A stretch of 64,000 nucleotides of DNA, taken from positions 175,874 through 239,873 of the forward strand of contig CAVZOR010000006.1 of the NCBI GenBank assembly GCA_963777025.1. The letters run 5' to 3'. The translations under genes and the position numbers were made by a program. The DNA is from Parachlamydiales bacterium. Its GTDB lineage: Bacteria > Chlamydiota > Chlamydiia > Chlamydiales > Rhabdochlamydiaceae. Shown piece after piece: positions 1-14,030 of the stretch. The notes below the pieces were generated by a model. The model did not search any database, was not told the origin of the DNA, and worked only from the letters and a program-made list of their open reading frames with translations. Numbering within the stretch: position 1 is the stretch's first letter; each line of letters begins with the position of its first letter.

Positions 1-1
1 G

Positions 2-748
2 GGTCTGATTAATAAAGATACCTTTCTCTGTCTTGATTGTGAAACCACAGGCCTCGATCCAGATACAGATAAAATTATTGAAGTCGCTTTCTCAAAATTC
101 ACTTTCTCAAAGCTGTTAAACAGCTATGAGACTCTCATCGATCCAGAGTGGAATATCCCAGAAGCCTCGATCGCTATCCACCATATTACTCCAGAGATGG
201 TCAAAGGAAAGCCAAAGATTCAGGAGGTGTTGCCAAAATTAATAAAATCGATGAACGGTCATATCATTGTTGGTCATGGAATTAAACTTGACTTAACCTT
301 CATCGCCCAGTCAGCAAAACGGTTCCAAATTCCGTTTCCCCTTGATGATTTTACGACAATTGATACCCTTCGTATGGCCCGACTTTATGGAGAAAGCCCC
401 TCTAATTCACTTGAAAGACTTCGAGAACACTTCAATATTGAGGCAGAAGGAGCCCACCGAGCGATGAACGACGTTCTTGTTAATATCAAAGTTTTTAAAT
501 GCCTTACCGGTCCATTCACAACAACTGAACAAATTCTAGAACGGCTTAAAAAGCCCATTTTGCTTAAAACCATGCCCCTAGGGAAATATAAAGGACGGCC
601 ATTCAATGAGATCCCGATAGAGTATCTAAACTGGGCTGCCAAAGCAAATTTTGATCAAGACCTTATCTTTTCTGTTCAAACAGAGATAAAAAAAAGAAAA
701 AAAGGTAATCGGTTTTTAGAAACAACAAATCCCTTCTCTCAACTTTAA
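2..748 (+). CDS. dnaQ: DEDDh 3'-5' exonuclease (DNA polymerase III epsilon-like) with C-terminal DUF3820-like domain; 5' end at the window edge
   Basis: Frame is open from position 2 (GLINKDTFLCLDCETTGLD, Exo I). VGHGIKLD is Exo II, HRAMNDV is Exo III, and the C-terminus has MPLGKYKG..IP.EYL.W. Confidence 0.8.
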   Translation, partial: GLINKDTFLCLDCETTGLDPDTDKIIEVAFSKFTFSKLLNSYETLIDPEWNIPEASIAIHHITPEMVKGKPKIQEVLPKLIKSMNGHIIVGHGIKLDLTFIAQSAKRFQIPFPLDDFTTIDTLRMARLYGESPSNSLERLREHFNIEAEGAHRAMNDVLVNIKVFKCLTGPFTTTEQILERLKKPILLKTMPLGKYKGRPFNEIPIEYLNWAAKANFDQDLIFSVQTEIKKRKKGNRFLETTNPFSQL

Positions 749-821
749 GAAAATATTATATTGTTTTAGTTCTTTTTTTATGATATTGTAATTCTTCGAA
801 TTTAAAACGAGGGTATTGGTA

Positions 822-1946
822 ATGAGCAGAACAATAGAAAGATCTGTCATTTTAAAAGAGATCTCCGTTGAGGGATATGAAAAAATTTTAACAGTAACAG
901 ATGATACAACAGGCTTAAAAGCGATCATTTGCATCCATAATACAGTGTTGGGCCCTGCCTTAGGAGGGATTCGAATTTATCCTTATCCGACTTTTGATGA
1001 GGCTTTATTTGACGTGCAACGGCTGGCTTTTGGAATGACCTACAAATCTGCCTTAGCTGAATCAGGTTTAGGTGGAGGCAAAAGCGTCATTATTTGCGAT
1101 CCTAAAAATAAAACTAAGGAGTTGCTTATCTCCTTTGCTCAAGCTGTTGACAGCTTAGAGGGGTTATATACTGGAGCTGAGGACATTGGATGTGATGTTA
1201 ATGATGTGACGTTAATGAACGAGTATACTCCGTATATGGTGGGAACAAACCATAATAAAAGTAGTGGAAATCCTTCCTTTTTTACGGCATGGGGAACTTT
1301 TCGTGGTATTCAAGCAACCTTAGAAGTATTGGATGGCTCCCCTTCTGTTGAAGGGAAAAAAATTGCCATTCAGGGTGCAGGAAGTGTTGGGGCCATTTTA
1401 GCAGATATCCTTTTTTGGCACGGATCCGATTTAATTGTTGCTGACATCGATGTAAAAAAAACAGAAATTCTTAAAAAAAAATACAAGGCGACGGTCTGCT
1501 CACCTGATGCGATCTTAAGCATCCCGTGCGATATTCTTGCCCCCTGTGCGATGGGAGGCATTATTAACGCCGAGTCAATTCCCCTTCTGAACTGCCGCGG
1601 TATTGCCGGTTCTGCAAATAACCAACTTTTATCGTCAACCGATGCCGATGAATTGAAAAATAGAGGAATTCTTTACGCCCCCGATTTTGTTATCAACGCG
1701 GGTGGATTAATCAACGTCAGTCTAGAGATTGAAGAAGATGGGTATAGCCCTACCTTAGCTAGGAAAAAAACTGACCAGGTTTATGATCAGCTGATCCGGC
1801 TTTTTGAAATCGCAGAGCAAAACCATTGTTCAACGCATCACGCAGCGATTTCTCTTGGCGACTATCGAATTAAATATGGTGTCGGGAAAAGACGAGCCCC
1901 ACCCTGCTATCATCAAAAAAGTCAGATCAATATTGAAAGGCCGTGA
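822..1946 (+). CDS. ldh: Glu/Leu/Phe/Val dehydrogenase (leucine dehydrogenase-like)
   Basis: GPALGGIR, GMTYK, GGGKSVI, QGAGSVG Rossmann motif, GSANNQL, YAPDFVINAGGLI. Confidence 0.9.
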   Translation: MSRTIERSVILKEISVEGYEKILTVTDDTTGLKAIICIHNTVLGPALGGIRIYPYPTFDEALFDVQRLAFGMTYKSALAESGLGGGKSVIICDPKNKTKELLISFAQAVDSLEGLYTGAEDIGCDVNDVTLMNEYTPYMVGTNHNKSSGNPSFFTAWGTFRGIQATLEVLDGSPSVEGKKIAIQGAGSVGAILADILFWHGSDLIVADIDVKKTEILKKKYKATVCSPDAILSIPCDILAPCAMGGIINAESIPLLNCRGIAGSANNQLLSSTDADELKNRGILYAPDFVINAGGLINVSLEIEEDGYSPTLARKKTDQVYDQLIRLFEIAEQNHCSTHHAAISLGDYRIKYGVGKRRAPPCYHQKSQINIERP

Positions 1947-3679
1947 GGAGTTTGATTGATCTTTTAGAGGAGCAAGCGGCCCGTGCTCTGGTTATAGCCG
2001 TGGGGCGCCCTGTTGTTCCTGAAATCACTTCTTCAGCTCAACCTCAATTTGGCCATTATCAATGCAATAATGCGCTTAAGTTAGCTAAAGAATTGAAAAA
2101 AGATTCTCAAAAGGTTGCTCAAACAATTGTTGATGCCTGGGAAACACCCCTAGAGATGATTGATAAAATAGAAATAGGAGGGGCTGGCTTCATTAATATT
2201 TTTCTAAGCAAAAATTTTTTATCAAATCAGATTAATCTCGTTTTACGTGATGAACACTTAGGGGTTCCTCTACCAAAGCACCGCGAAAAGATAATTGTAG
2301 AATTTTCCTCTCCTAATATTGCTAAAGAATTACACGTAGGTCACCTACGCTCGACCATTATTGGAGATTGTCTTGCTCGGCTTTTTGAATTCTTGGGTCA
2401 TACGGTTTTACGGCTCAATCATATTGGAGACTGGGGAACACAGTTCGGGATGCTTATCGCCTACTTAAAAGAGGAGGTCCCCGGCATTTTGGATGGAAAA
2501 AATGAGGCAGATTTAAACTCTTTAATGAGCTGGTATCAAGCCTCTAAAGAACGGTTTGATGACGATTCTGCATTTAAATTTCGAGCTCAGCAAGAGGTTG
2601 TTAAGCTTCAAAGAGGAGACGCCCTCTCTCTCCTTGGGTGGAAAATAATTTGCGATATTTCAAGAAAGGCCTTCCAAGAAATTTATGACTTGTTAGACAT
2701 AAAGCTTGTTGAGAGGGGTGAATCCTTCTATCACCCTTATTTAGCTAAAATGATCAGTGATCTTGAAAAAAAACAAATGATCACCCTTTCTGATGGGGCT
2801 AAGTGTATCTATCTTGATGGGTTTATAGGTAGAGAAGGGGAACCCCTACCCTTGATTATTGAAAAATCTGATGGAGGGTATAATTACAACACAACGGATT
2901 TGGCTGCAGTACGTCACCGAATTGAAAAAGAAAAGGCAAGCCGTATCATTATCGTTACCGACCTAGGACAAACCCTTCACTTCAAAATGTTATTTCAAGC
3001 TGCTGAAAAAGTTGGATATCTTGACTGTAAAAAAGTTCAAATTAACCACGTCGGCTTTGGGGTTGTCTTGGCTCCTGATGGAAAAAAATTTAAAACTCGA
3101 TCAGGAACAACAGAAAAACTGATCGACTTACTCCTTGAGTCAATGCGACAAGCCAAAATAATTCTAGCTAAACGGTTGCCACAACTTACCGAAAAAGAAC
3201 TCGATGATCGAGCAAAAATTCTTGGAATCGATGCCGTTAAATATGCCGATCTTTCTTCCAATCGGCTTAAAGACTATACTTTCAGTTACAGCCGTATGTT
3301 GCGTTTTGAAGGAAATACCGCCCCCTTTTTACTCTACGCTTACGTTCGCATTCAAAGTATTAAGAAAAAAATCGGAAAAAATCTAAAATCGTTACTTGAA
3401 ACCGGTCAAATCCATCTAGAAGACCCTTCAGAAGTCGACCTATCTCTTCATCTAATACAGTTCGGGGAAACTCTTGATACGATTGTTAAAGATCTCTTAC
3501 CTCATCGCCTTACGGAATATCTTTATCTTTTAGCAGAAAAATTTCACTATTTCTTCCACGCTTGTCAGGTAAAAGAATCTCCACAAGAAACAAGCCGCCT
3601 TCTCCTATGCGAAGTAACGGGACGTATTCTTCATCAAGGATTAACGATCCTAGGCCTTAAAACACTAGAAGAGATGTAA
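1943..3679 (+). CDS. argS: Arginine--tRNA ligase
   Basis: VEFSSPNIAKELHVGHLRSTIIGD (HIGH), GDWGTQFGMLI, KFKTRSG, DALR-type C-terminus. Confidence 0.97.
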   Translation: MRSLIDLLEEQAARALVIAVGRPVVPEITSSAQPQFGHYQCNNALKLAKELKKDSQKVAQTIVDAWETPLEMIDKIEIGGAGFINIFLSKNFLSNQINLVLRDEHLGVPLPKHREKIIVEFSSPNIAKELHVGHLRSTIIGDCLARLFEFLGHTVLRLNHIGDWGTQFGMLIAYLKEEVPGILDGKNEADLNSLMSWYQASKERFDDDSAFKFRAQQEVVKLQRGDALSLLGWKIICDISRKAFQEIYDLLDIKLVERGESFYHPYLAKMISDLEKKQMITLSDGAKCIYLDGFIGREGEPLPLIIEKSDGGYNYNTTDLAAVRHRIEKEKASRIIIVTDLGQTLHFKMLFQAAEKVGYLDCKKVQINHVGFGVVLAPDGKKFKTRSGTTEKLIDLLLESMRQAKIILAKRLPQLTEKELDDRAKILGIDAVKYADLSSNRLKDYTFSYSRMLRFEGNTAPFLLYAYVRIQSIKKKIGKNLKSLLETGQIHLEDPSEVDLSLHLIQFGETLDTIVKDLLPHRLTEYLYLLAEKFHYFFHACQVKESPQETSRLLLCEVTGRILHQGLTILGLKTLEEM

Positions 3680-3746
3680 CCTTTTCTCATTCTGAGGAAA
3701 GTAGATTATCGTGCCGCCAAAGCCTCGGGGTTGGATGGTCGAAACG

Positions 3747-3790
3747 ATACCGAAGAGAGCTGAAACCAAATTTTCAGCTCTCTTCGGTAT
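3747..3790. mobile_element. Minimal MITE (two terminal inverted repeats only) nested in an older MITE remnant (~3710-3808)
   Basis: ATACCGAAGAGAGCTGAAA-ccaaat-TTTCAGCTCTCTTCGGTAT is a perfect 19-bp hairpin. Both flanks match the internal sequence of the long element. Confidence 0.8.
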
Positions 3791-3834
3791 AGCTCGTATT
3801 TTCTCAATCGGCATAACATAAACTCAAAAAAAAA

Positions 3835-3861
3835 GCCTAGCCAATACAAGATTGACTAGGC
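3835..3861 (-). terminator. Intrinsic terminator of the rRNA operon (potentially bidirectional)
   Basis: GCCTAGCCAAT-acaag-ATTGACTAGGC hairpin with A-runs on both sides, directly after the 5S gene. Confidence 0.8.
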
Positions 3862-3870
3862 AAAAAAAAA

Positions 3871-3985
3871 TCTGGCGACGACCTACTCTCCCATACTCTT
3901 GTGTACAGTACCATCGGCGATGAAGGGCTTGACTTCTGAGTTCGGGATGGGATCAGGTATTTCCCCTTCTCAATTGTCACCAAGA
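3871..3985 (-). rRNA. rrf: 5S rRNA
   Basis: Reverse complement of 5S motifs (ctggcgacgacctactctccc...ttcgggatgggatcaggt); ends approximate. Confidence 0.93.
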
Positions 3986-4130
3986 AAAACAGTTCGAATA
4001 TCTATTATAAGTAAGCTTTTGACATAAAATAGCGCTCGAGGTTGTTTATTCACAACATACTTTACACTGCGCTTCAGCTTTTCATTATCATTGACTCGAC
4101 CCTTAAAAATAAGGGTAAAGCCGAAAAAAA

Positions 4131-7092
<2,962 letters not shown>

Positions 7093-7387
7093 AAATTATT
7101 TGCTCTAATTCGCCGTTATAAATTATTACTATTGCATGAATTATTCTTCAAGCGCTATTTTTACTTCAGTGAAAATTGCAGCTTTGATTTATATTGTAAT
7201 ACTTATATTAATTGAACTTACTTTACTTATCGTATTCAAACTTGTCAAGATATAACACTTGTGATTCTAACTTTACATCTAACATCTGCTTTAGACAAGA
7301 GAAGAGAAGCGATGATAGCATTACAAGAAAGACAAGCTTGCTCAACCTAATGTAACTAGCTGGAGAGCTAACTATCACATTGTCCTT

Positions 7388-8940
<1,553 letters not shown>

Positions 8941-9018
8941 GAGAATTTAATAAAAAAAATTTAAAAAGGCATTTAAAAATAAACTTTTAAACGCACAAGC
9001 TTGTTATTTTGCTTGTAC

Positions 9019-9045
9019 ATCGCTTCTCTTGACTTGTCTAAAGAG
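9019..9045 (-). other. 16S precursor processing-stem arm, pairing with the spacer at ~7290-7315; overlaps a boxA-like sequence
   Basis: catcgcttctcttgacttgtctaaag is nearly the reverse complement of ctttagacaagagaagagaagcgatg in the 16S-23S spacer. Confidence 0.6.
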
Positions 9046-9263
9046 ACAATTGTGACTTCTACATCACAGGCAACCCTTAGGATTACCGTTCGCTCAACCT
9101 TTCGGTTCGAGGAAACCAACACTCTACTAAACAACAGAATTTTTGTGCAATCTTTTTCATTTATTATAAATTTATACCGAATTATCCCTGAGTGAACTGA
9201 AAAAATTTGAGTTTGGATCACCGCAAAACCTCTCGCGCTCTGATCTTATCGCCTCGTACGTTT

Positions 9264-9352
9264 TATACCGAAGTGAGCTAAAAAATTTGGGGTTGGACAA
9301 TCGCAGCTTTCACGACGGCCCAAATCCAAATTTTTTAGCTCACTTCGGTATA
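9264..9352. mobile_element. Compact MITE copy, with an older remnant at ~9173-9260
   Basis: TATACCGAAGTGAGCTAAAAAATTTGG...CCAAATTTTTTAGCTCACTTCGGTATA terminal inverted repeats. Confidence 0.85.
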
Positions 9353-10390
9353 AAAGGCCCAAAATCGGTACATTGCGTGGTGCGAGAAGAGCGCGTTAGG
9401 CTAATTATTTGTGTTCAGAATTCACTTGGCGACCACTGAGATATCGCGTGAACTTCCGGAACACCTGGTTCACTCTAGCTTTGGATATCAGACCCTGATA
9501 TACCGGCTCCATATCACAGCGATTACCCGTTGATCGCGATCCCCTTGGCGGACGTTAATGCCCTCTTCTGGAGCAACATGAGCATCACGACTCTGCTGAA
9601 AAATATTCACTCCCTCTCTCGCCTGTCGGACAAGGTCAGGTCTTTGATCAGCAGAAGCACGAGCCATGGCCTCGATCATCATAATCCTATCGTGAGCCTC
9701 CATTTGATAGGTAATAGCCTGAAGCGTGTGGTCGATGACGTCCATCCTTTCCCGAAGGGAGACAGCTCCCACAGCGGTAAGGATGCCCGCCCTTTCGGAC
9801 ATCTGCATCCGTTGAGTAATAACCAGCAACGCAAAAGCTGTAACCTGATCTATTTCATTAAAAGGTATACGGAGAACAGCTTCGACCAGGCCAATTCTCT
9901 CATGCGGCTCCATTTCTTTTGTGTTCAGAAGAAATGCGTTTGTAACCACTTCAGCTCTTTGCTGATCGGAAAAATCAATCACAGCTTTGAGAATTTTCTT
10001 TATTTCAAACTCCCCCATTTCCGGTTTGACCAGCAACATGGCACTTTTAAAAACTTTCTCCCTCTCCAAAACGGGAATCTGAGCTACCAGAGTGTCAAAA
10101 TGCGCCCTTTCAAGAGACAAGGAAGAGCCGGTGACTCGATCTTTAAGCCAAAACGCCGCCCCAAAAAAACAAGAGCCGATCCTTTGAAAAAATCCAGCCA
10201 CTTCAGCCACTGCTATTAATGAAGAGGTTGTTACCCGCACTATATAACCCCCTCGAGTCACTACTCTACCATTCAGAAGTCTATTAAGCCTTACAATCTC
10301 TGGTGCAAAATGAGTAGCACGGCATCCATGACAGATCATCGGACCCTGAAATTCTCTGTTTTTTTGTCTATCAAACGGTATCTGTTGCAT
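9353..10390 (-). pseudogene. 35-aa repeat effector family member 1; intact ORF 9488-10390, C-terminal domain frameshifted and truncated by a MITE
   Basis: MQQI start and about 5 repeats, then GINVRQGDRDQRV. Paralog-like sequence (QGLISKARV..FTRYL..VNSEHK*LA*RAL) continues out of frame with stops up to the MITE. Confidence 0.75.
9974..10151. repeat. Left arm of a 178-bp inverted repeat (partner 10743-10920)
   Basis: Reverse complement matches 10743-10920 with one mismatch (ccggaaatggg vs ccgggaatggg). Confidence 0.9.
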
Positions 10391-10581
10391 AAAATATTTA
10401 AACCTTTTTTAAAATTATAAAAAAATTGAACAAAGTTAGAACGGTCATTGTTTATTTTTTAAGATTATACTGCAATTTTTAAAAATTTTAATTGCCATCA
10501 TACATCTGAACCGATTTACAGAAAAACTGTTGCTTTGCAATTCAAAGTTCTTATAATGCCAGTGAAAAGTTTAAATATTTT

Positions 10582-11622
10582 ATGCAAAAGATCACATTTG
10601 ATAGGCAACAAAACGGGGAATTGCGTGAACCGGAGCCCCATCATGGATACCGAGCTACTAATTTTAGAGCCGTGGCTGCAGTGGGGAATAGAGTCGTGGC
10701 TGCAATGGGTATCGGCTTTTCTTTTGTTGAGGCGGTATCTTCTTGGCTTAAAGATCGAGTCACCGGCTCTTCCTTGTCTCTTGAAAGGGCGCATTTTGAC
10801 ACTCTGGTAGCTCAGATTCCCGTTTTGGAGAGGGAGAAAGTTTTTAAAAGTGCCATGTTGCTGGTCAAACCGGGAATGGGGGAGTTTGAAATAAAGAAAA
10901 TTCTCAAAGCTGTGATTGATATTCCCGCTCTGAAAAGAGATAAAGTGGTTGAAAACTCTCTTCTTCTGATCAGAAACGATATGGAGTCGGTTGAAAGGGT
11001 TATCGTGATTGAAGCTGTTGCCAACTTACCTGATAACGAAATAGGTGTCATCACAGCTTTTGCATTGCTGGTTATTACCGAAAAAATGGGAAGTTTCGAA
11101 AGGAGGAAGACCCTTGAAACTGTGGAAGCTCTTCCCGCTTTGGTAAGAGATGATGTGATTAGCTACGCTCTTTTTCTGATTACACACGACATGGGGCTAT
11201 CTGACAGGATTGACCTGATTGAAGCTGTCAGAGATCTTCCCGATCTGGGAAGAGGTGATGCGATTAGCTACTCTCTTCTTCTGATTAGAGACGACATGGG
11301 GCCATCTGACAGAATTGACCTGGTCCAAACTGTTGCCAGTATGCCTCATAAAGAAAAAGGTGAGGTTACAGCTTTTGCATCGCTGGTTATTACTAGGCAG
11401 ATGGGGGGACGTGAAAGGATGAACCTTCTTAGGGTTGTGGCTGATCTTCCCGCTCTGGAAAGAGAGGACGCCTTACACCACGCTCTTCTGCTCATTATTG
11501 ATGAAATGGACGCGTACGAAAGAATTAGGATAATCCAGAACGTGGCCCGTTGTCCTGCCCATCAAAGACCTAACTTTGTCCAAGCGGAGCTAAGGACCTA
11601 TCGATCCAGGTCGGATTTTTAG
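10582..11622 (+). CDS. 35-aa repeat effector family member 2 (repeats only, opposite orientation)
   Basis: MQKITFDRQ N-terminus and about 8 repeats ER..V...ALL.IT..M....R..LI.AV..LP; lacks the C-terminal domain. Confidence 0.85.
   Translation: MQKITFDRQQNGELREPEPHHGYRATNFRAVAAVGNRVVAAMGIGFSFVEAVSSWLKDRVTGSSLSLERAHFDTLVAQIPVLEREKVFKSAMLLVKPGMGEFEIKKILKAVIDIPALKRDKVVENSLLLIRNDMESVERVIVIEAVANLPDNEIGVITAFALLVITEKMGSFERRKTLETVEALPALVRDDVISYALFLITHDMGLSDRIDLIEAVRDLPDLGRGDAISYSLLLIRDDMGPSDRIDLVQTVASMPHKEKGEVTAFASLVITRQMGGRERMNLLRVVADLPALEREDALHHALLLIIDEMDAYERIRIIQNVARCPAHQRPNFVQAELRTYRSRSDF
10743..10920. repeat. Right arm of the 178-bp inverted repeat
   Basis: Near-perfect reverse complement of 9974-10151. 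Confidence 0.9.
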
Positions 11623-11678
11623 CCCTTTGGTTTTATAACCGTTACCATACTCCTCGATCTGAATTTACAGAACGGAGA

Positions 11679-13826
11679 TTACACTACCATAGCTTGAATT
11701 AGGTTATCCCTATCAGGATACGCTACATTCTGTGCAATCAGACGAAGGACGTTGCTAACCGCTTTACCTCTTTCCCAAGAGGGAATATCTCTTACAGCTC
11801 TAACGATGTCCACCCTTGCAGCGGGCCCCATCCCTGGAGTAATAACCTGCAATACAAAAGCTATCACGCCATTTCTTTCTTTACCAGGTATACTAGCAAC
11901 GGCTTGGATCAGATCAATGCTTTGATCCCAATCCATTCCCTCTGTAATTAGAAGAAGAGCTTTTCTAACCACTTCATCTCTTTCCCAAGCGGGAACACAT
12001 CTCACTGCTCTAACGATGCTCACCATTCCAAAGCTGCTTATCCCCGGAGTAATAACCTGCAACACAAGATCTATCACCTCATTTCTTTCGTTACCGGGTA
12101 TACCGGCAATATCTCGGATCAGCTTATCTACTTGAGTCGAATCCATTCCCTGTGTAACGAGAAGAAGAGCTTTGCTAACCACTTCACCTCTTTCCAGAGC
12201 GGGAACATCTCTCACTGCTCTAACGATGCTCACCCTTCCAAAGGCGCTAACCCTTCCCTGGGTAATAACCTGCAATGCAAGAGTTATGACCTCGTTTCTT
12301 TCGTTGCGATGTATACTAGCAACAGCTTCAATCAGCTCAGCCCTGTCTGCCGACCCCATGTCCTCTGTAATTAAAAGAAGGGCTTTTCTAACCACTTCAC
12401 CTCTTTCCAGAGCGGGAACATCTCTCACCGCTCTAACGATGCTCACCCTTCCAAAGCCGTTCGTCGCCGGAGTAATAACCTGCAACACAAGATCTATCAC
12501 CTCATTTCTTTCTTTACCAGGTATACGGCCAATATCTCGGATCAGCTTACCTACTTGAGTCGAATCCATTCCCGGTGCAATTAGAAGAAGAGCTTTGCTA
12601 ACCACTTCACCTCTTTCCAGAGGGGGAACATCTCTCACAGCTCTAACGATGCCCACCCTTCCAAAGGCGCTAACCCTTCCCTGAGTAATAACCTGCAATG
12701 CAAGAGTTATGACCTCGTTTCTTTCGTTGCGATGTATACTAGCAACAGCTTCAATCAGCTCAGCCCTGTCTGCCGACCCCATGTCCTCTGTAATTAAAAG
12801 AAGAGCTTTGCTAACCACCTCAACTCTTTCCAGAGCGGGAACATCTCTCACAGCTCTAACGATGCTCACCCTTCCAAAGCCGTTCGTCGCCGGAGTAATA
12901 ACCTGCAACACAAGCTCTATCACCTTATTTCTTTCGTTACCGGGTATATAGCCAACATCTCTGATCAGGTTAGCTACTTGAGCCGAATCCATTCCCGGTG
13001 TAATTAGAAGAAGAGCTTTGCTAACCACTTCACCTCTTTCCAGAGGGGGAACATCTCTCACCGCTCTAACGATGCCCACCCTTCCAAAGGCGCTAACCCT
13101 TCCCTGAGTAATAACCTGCAATGCAAGAGTTATGACCTCGTTTCTTTCGTTGCGATGTATACTAGCAACAGCTTCAATCAGCTCAGCCCTGTCTGCCGAC
13201 CCCATGTCCTCTGTAATTAAAAGAAGAGCCTTGCTAACGACCTCTTCTCTTTCCTCAGTGGGAATATTTCTCACAGCTTTAACGAGGGTCGCCACTCCAA
13301 AGCCGCTCATTCCAGGGGTAATAACTCGCAATGCAAAAGTGATGACCTCATCTTGTTGGTTACCCGGTATATTAGCAACGGCTTGGATCAGACAAACACT
13401 GTCAGACCACCTCATTTTCCGTGTCATCAGAAGAAAGGCGTTTTTAATCGCTACAGCCCTTTCCCCAGACGGAGTATCAGTCGGGGTATTGAGCGCTTTC
13501 GTTATTTGAAACGGTTCCATTTCCGGTTTGGTCAGCAATAAGGCACTCATAAGAACCTTCTCCCTATCCAAAACGGGAATCCGAGCTAGGGCATTTTCGA
13601 AAGGCGATCTCCAAAACCACAAGGAAGAATTGGTCACTCCATCTTTAAGCCAAAATGTCTTCTCAACAAAACAAGAGCCGATCTTTTGAAAGAGTTCAAC
13701 CACTGCAGCAGCTACTTTATTCCCCAATTCAGCGACTGCTCCAAAAATAGCAGCACGAAACCCGCAATGAGAGACCGGCATTTGAAATTCTCTGTTTTGC
13801 GCTCTATCCTGTGGTATCTGTTGCAT
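11679..13826 (-). CDS. 35-aa repeat effector family member 3 (about 17-18 repeats, no C-terminal domain)
   Basis: 715-aa ORF with a near-perfect 423-bp (141-aa) internal unit; the marker cgaccccatg recurs at 12351, 12774 and 13197. Confidence 0.9.
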   Translation of the reverse strand: MQQIPQDRAQNREFQMPVSHCGFRAAIFGAVAELGNKVAAAVVELFQKIGSCFVEKTFWLKDGVTNSSLWFWRSPFENALARIPVLDREKVLMSALLLTKPEMEPFQITKALNTPTDTPSGERAVAIKNAFLLMTRKMRWSDSVCLIQAVANIPGNQQDEVITFALRVITPGMSGFGVATLVKAVRNIPTEEREEVVSKALLLITEDMGSADRAELIEAVASIHRNERNEVITLALQVITQGRVSAFGRVGIVRAVRDVPPLERGEVVSKALLLITPGMDSAQVANLIRDVGYIPGNERNKVIELVLQVITPATNGFGRVSIVRAVRDVPALERVEVVSKALLLITEDMGSADRAELIEAVASIHRNERNEVITLALQVITQGRVSAFGRVGIVRAVRDVPPLERGEVVSKALLLIAPGMDSTQVGKLIRDIGRIPGKERNEVIDLVLQVITPATNGFGRVSIVRAVRDVPALERGEVVRKALLLITEDMGSADRAELIEAVASIHRNERNEVITLALQVITQGRVSAFGRVSIVRAVRDVPALERGEVVSKALLLVTQGMDSTQVDKLIRDIAGIPGNERNEVIDLVLQVITPGISSFGMVSIVRAVRCVPAWERDEVVRKALLLITEGMDWDQSIDLIQAVASIPGKERNGVIAFVLQVITPGMGPAARVDIVRAVRDIPSWERGKAVSNVLRLIAQNVAYPDRDNLIQAMVV

Positions 13827-14030
13827 AAAATAACTAAACCTTTTTTAAAATAATAAAAACCTTAATGCGATCAGATCAACAAATGTATCGTTTTTAATAT
13901 TATAATGCAATTTATAATACTATCGTACCTTTGAACAACCGCAAAAAACCGACATCGTTTGAGATAAGACATCCCGGCCTACACCACTGATGGGCTCCTA
14001 ACTCCAAACTTTTCAATTTTTTTGATCCTC

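Noticed and set aside
7093-7387. tRNA in the 16S-23S spacer
   Set aside because: No cloverleaf or T-loop motif seen in this AT-rich spacer
11679-13826. True TALE, PPR or ankyrin protein
   Set aside because: The repeat length is similar, but the LTP.QVVAIAS, PPR and TPLH consensus motifs are absent; only an analogy is claimed
13985-14022. Very degenerate MITE-like end between members 3 and 4
   Set aside because: Similarity (ccaaacttttcaatttt) is too weak to list as a feature
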